From NCBI RefSeq assembly GCF_009834535.1, contig NC_045705.1, positions 71,982,001 to 72,046,000 of the forward strand: DNA of 64,000 nt, read 5' to 3'. Below the pieces are notes generated by a model, which saw only the letters and a list, made by a program, of their open reading frames with translations, did no database searches and had not been told where the DNA came from. This DNA comes from Camelus ferus (lineage: Eukaryota). Below, one piece after another: positions 62,560 through 64,000 of the stretch. A program made the translations under genes and the position numbers. Within the stretch, counting starts at the first letter, position 1; each line of letters starts with the position of its first letter.

Positions 62560-63650
62560 AAAGAACCGACCTCCGGCCCGCATGTTAATGTCACGGCCGG
62601 GACCGTGCGGGGCGGCATCCTCTCCAGGTCAGACATGTGAGGTCGGCCCGCGTCAGACTACCAGTCCCAGACCGGCGGCGCGCAAGAGGGAGCCTCAGGG
62701 CCACCCTTAAGCTCACGAGCAACGTGGGAGAGCCGGGAACCGCCCCGCCCGCGAGGCCGCGCCCCGCCCGCGAGGCCCTCAGCCCCGGTCTGAAGTCGGC
62801 CGCCTCCCTCCCAGTCTACGGGCAGGGACAGGCTGTCGTCGTGTCTACGTCGGTCACCTGCGGTCCGTCAGCGGGTGGCCCAAATAAACGACTGCCTGGC
62901 CGTGGTCAGTCCTCACCGGCGCCGGCCTTGGCCGGGCCGCGAGTGGACGTGCGCCCGGCGTTACCGAGGCCACACAGCCCGGGGAGACGCGCGCTCTCCG
63001 GGGGCGGGGCGGTGAGGCGGGGCCGCGAGGGCCGAGGCCGCGGCACCGCCCAGCGAACGTTGGCGCGCTCCGAAGACGTCAGCGCCCGAGCCCTCCCCGC
63101 GCACGCGCGCACGCCGTCCCGGCCCGGGCTCGCTGGGAGTCCGGCGGGGCGCCGCGTCTGCGCCTGCGCGGTCCCGGACCGTCCGCCAGACTTTCCTCCT
63201 CGAATTGAGTAACGGTCGACCTTCCGCCGCTCTGAGGAGCCGACTCCCGGGAAGGGCAGGCGGCCCCGGCAGACAGGTCTGCCCGCGTGGCGCCGCAGGG
63301 TGTTGGGCCTTGGGCCGGGCTATCTGCCCGCCGGCAGCTCCGCCCCGTTAGGTCGTCCGAGACCCTGGGGAGCTGGGTGGGCAGCTCCTGTGGGCGGGAG
63401 CGGAACGCAAGCGGGACAGAACCTCGCGGGGCCGCGGGGTCAGGGTTGCCCCGGCGGGGGGAGGGGGCTGGAAGGTCCGGAGGGGGTCCGCGTCCCAGCC
63501 CTTGCGCCGTTGGGCTGCCACCAGCCCCGGCGCCCACGCAGCTGCGCGGGCGCGCGGTGCCGGCCAAGTTAGTGGCATCTGCCGCCTTGCAGGCTGGCCT
63601 TGGGCCGGGACCTTAGAACCAGGCGGGCCCCCCAGAGGATGGCGTACGAG
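62560..63650 (+). promoter_or_regulatory. RNH1: CpG island, probably the RNH1 promoter and non-coding first exon (CDS beyond the window)
   Basis: CpG-dense, GC boxes, NRF1-like GCGCACGCGC (~63099) and TGCGCCTGCGC (~63159). The gene name rests on synteny only. Confidence 0.55.
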
Positions 63651-63874
63651 GAAGGTAACCACGTAGGAGAACATGCTGTAAAGCCGGAAAAGGTGAAAAC
63701 AGCCTACATGTCCGCCCGTAGAGGTGGGCTGAGTGAAGACATTTGGAGAGTGGCTCACAGTGTGGCCAGAAGTTAGCTTGTGCCCGCGCCCGTTGACGTG
63801 ACACGTATACGCTGTATTCGTGCGTACGTTGTACGCGTAGCTGGTCTTAACTGAGATACAGAGCTCCGTAACGC

Positions 63875-64000
63875 ATGTTTCCTCCTGCTGCTGCAGGGAA
63901 TTACCACGGACGTATTATTTTACACTTCTGGAGGCGGGAAGTCCAAAATGGGCCTCAGGGGGTTGAAGCCACGCTCTCCACAGGGCCGGCTCGTTCCTCT
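63875..64000 (-). mobile_element. MLT1-type LTR fragment, cut by the window edge
   Basis: tttcctcctgctgctgcagggaattaccac...cacttctggaggcgggaagtccaaaatg. Confidence 0.55.

Overview
Mammalian, GC-rich genomic DNA. A Vic-1-type tRNA-derived SINE at ~53.8 kb points to a camelid. The window is syntenic with the human HRAS cluster, read in reverse: probable MIR210HG 3' end, RASSF7 (-), LMNTD2 (+), LRRC56 (-), HRAS (+), then a CpG-island 5' region that by synteny is probably RNH1. All four protein-coding genes can be spliced by hand into complete frames with GT-AG introns: RASSF7 359 aa, LMNTD2 644 aa, LRRC56 552 aa, HRAS 189 aa. The unexpected element is a multi-exon USP6NL/TBC1D3-TBC1D26-family Rab-GAP gene on the minus strand between HRAS and RNH1 (~34.1-43.9 kb). 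I know of no such gene at this position in human or mouse. It keeps its splice sites and poly(A) signal but has several frameshifts and missing exons. HRAS is also unusual: the IDX exon is frameshifted and has lost its p19 stop codon, and the 3'UTR intron appears to be gone, which predicts an NMD-escaping 197-aa isoform without a CAAX box. The distal third is L1/LTR-rich and contains a tailless 5S rRNA retropseudogene and three N gaps. Gene and repeat names come from recalled sequences, not database searches. Repeat boundaries are approximate.
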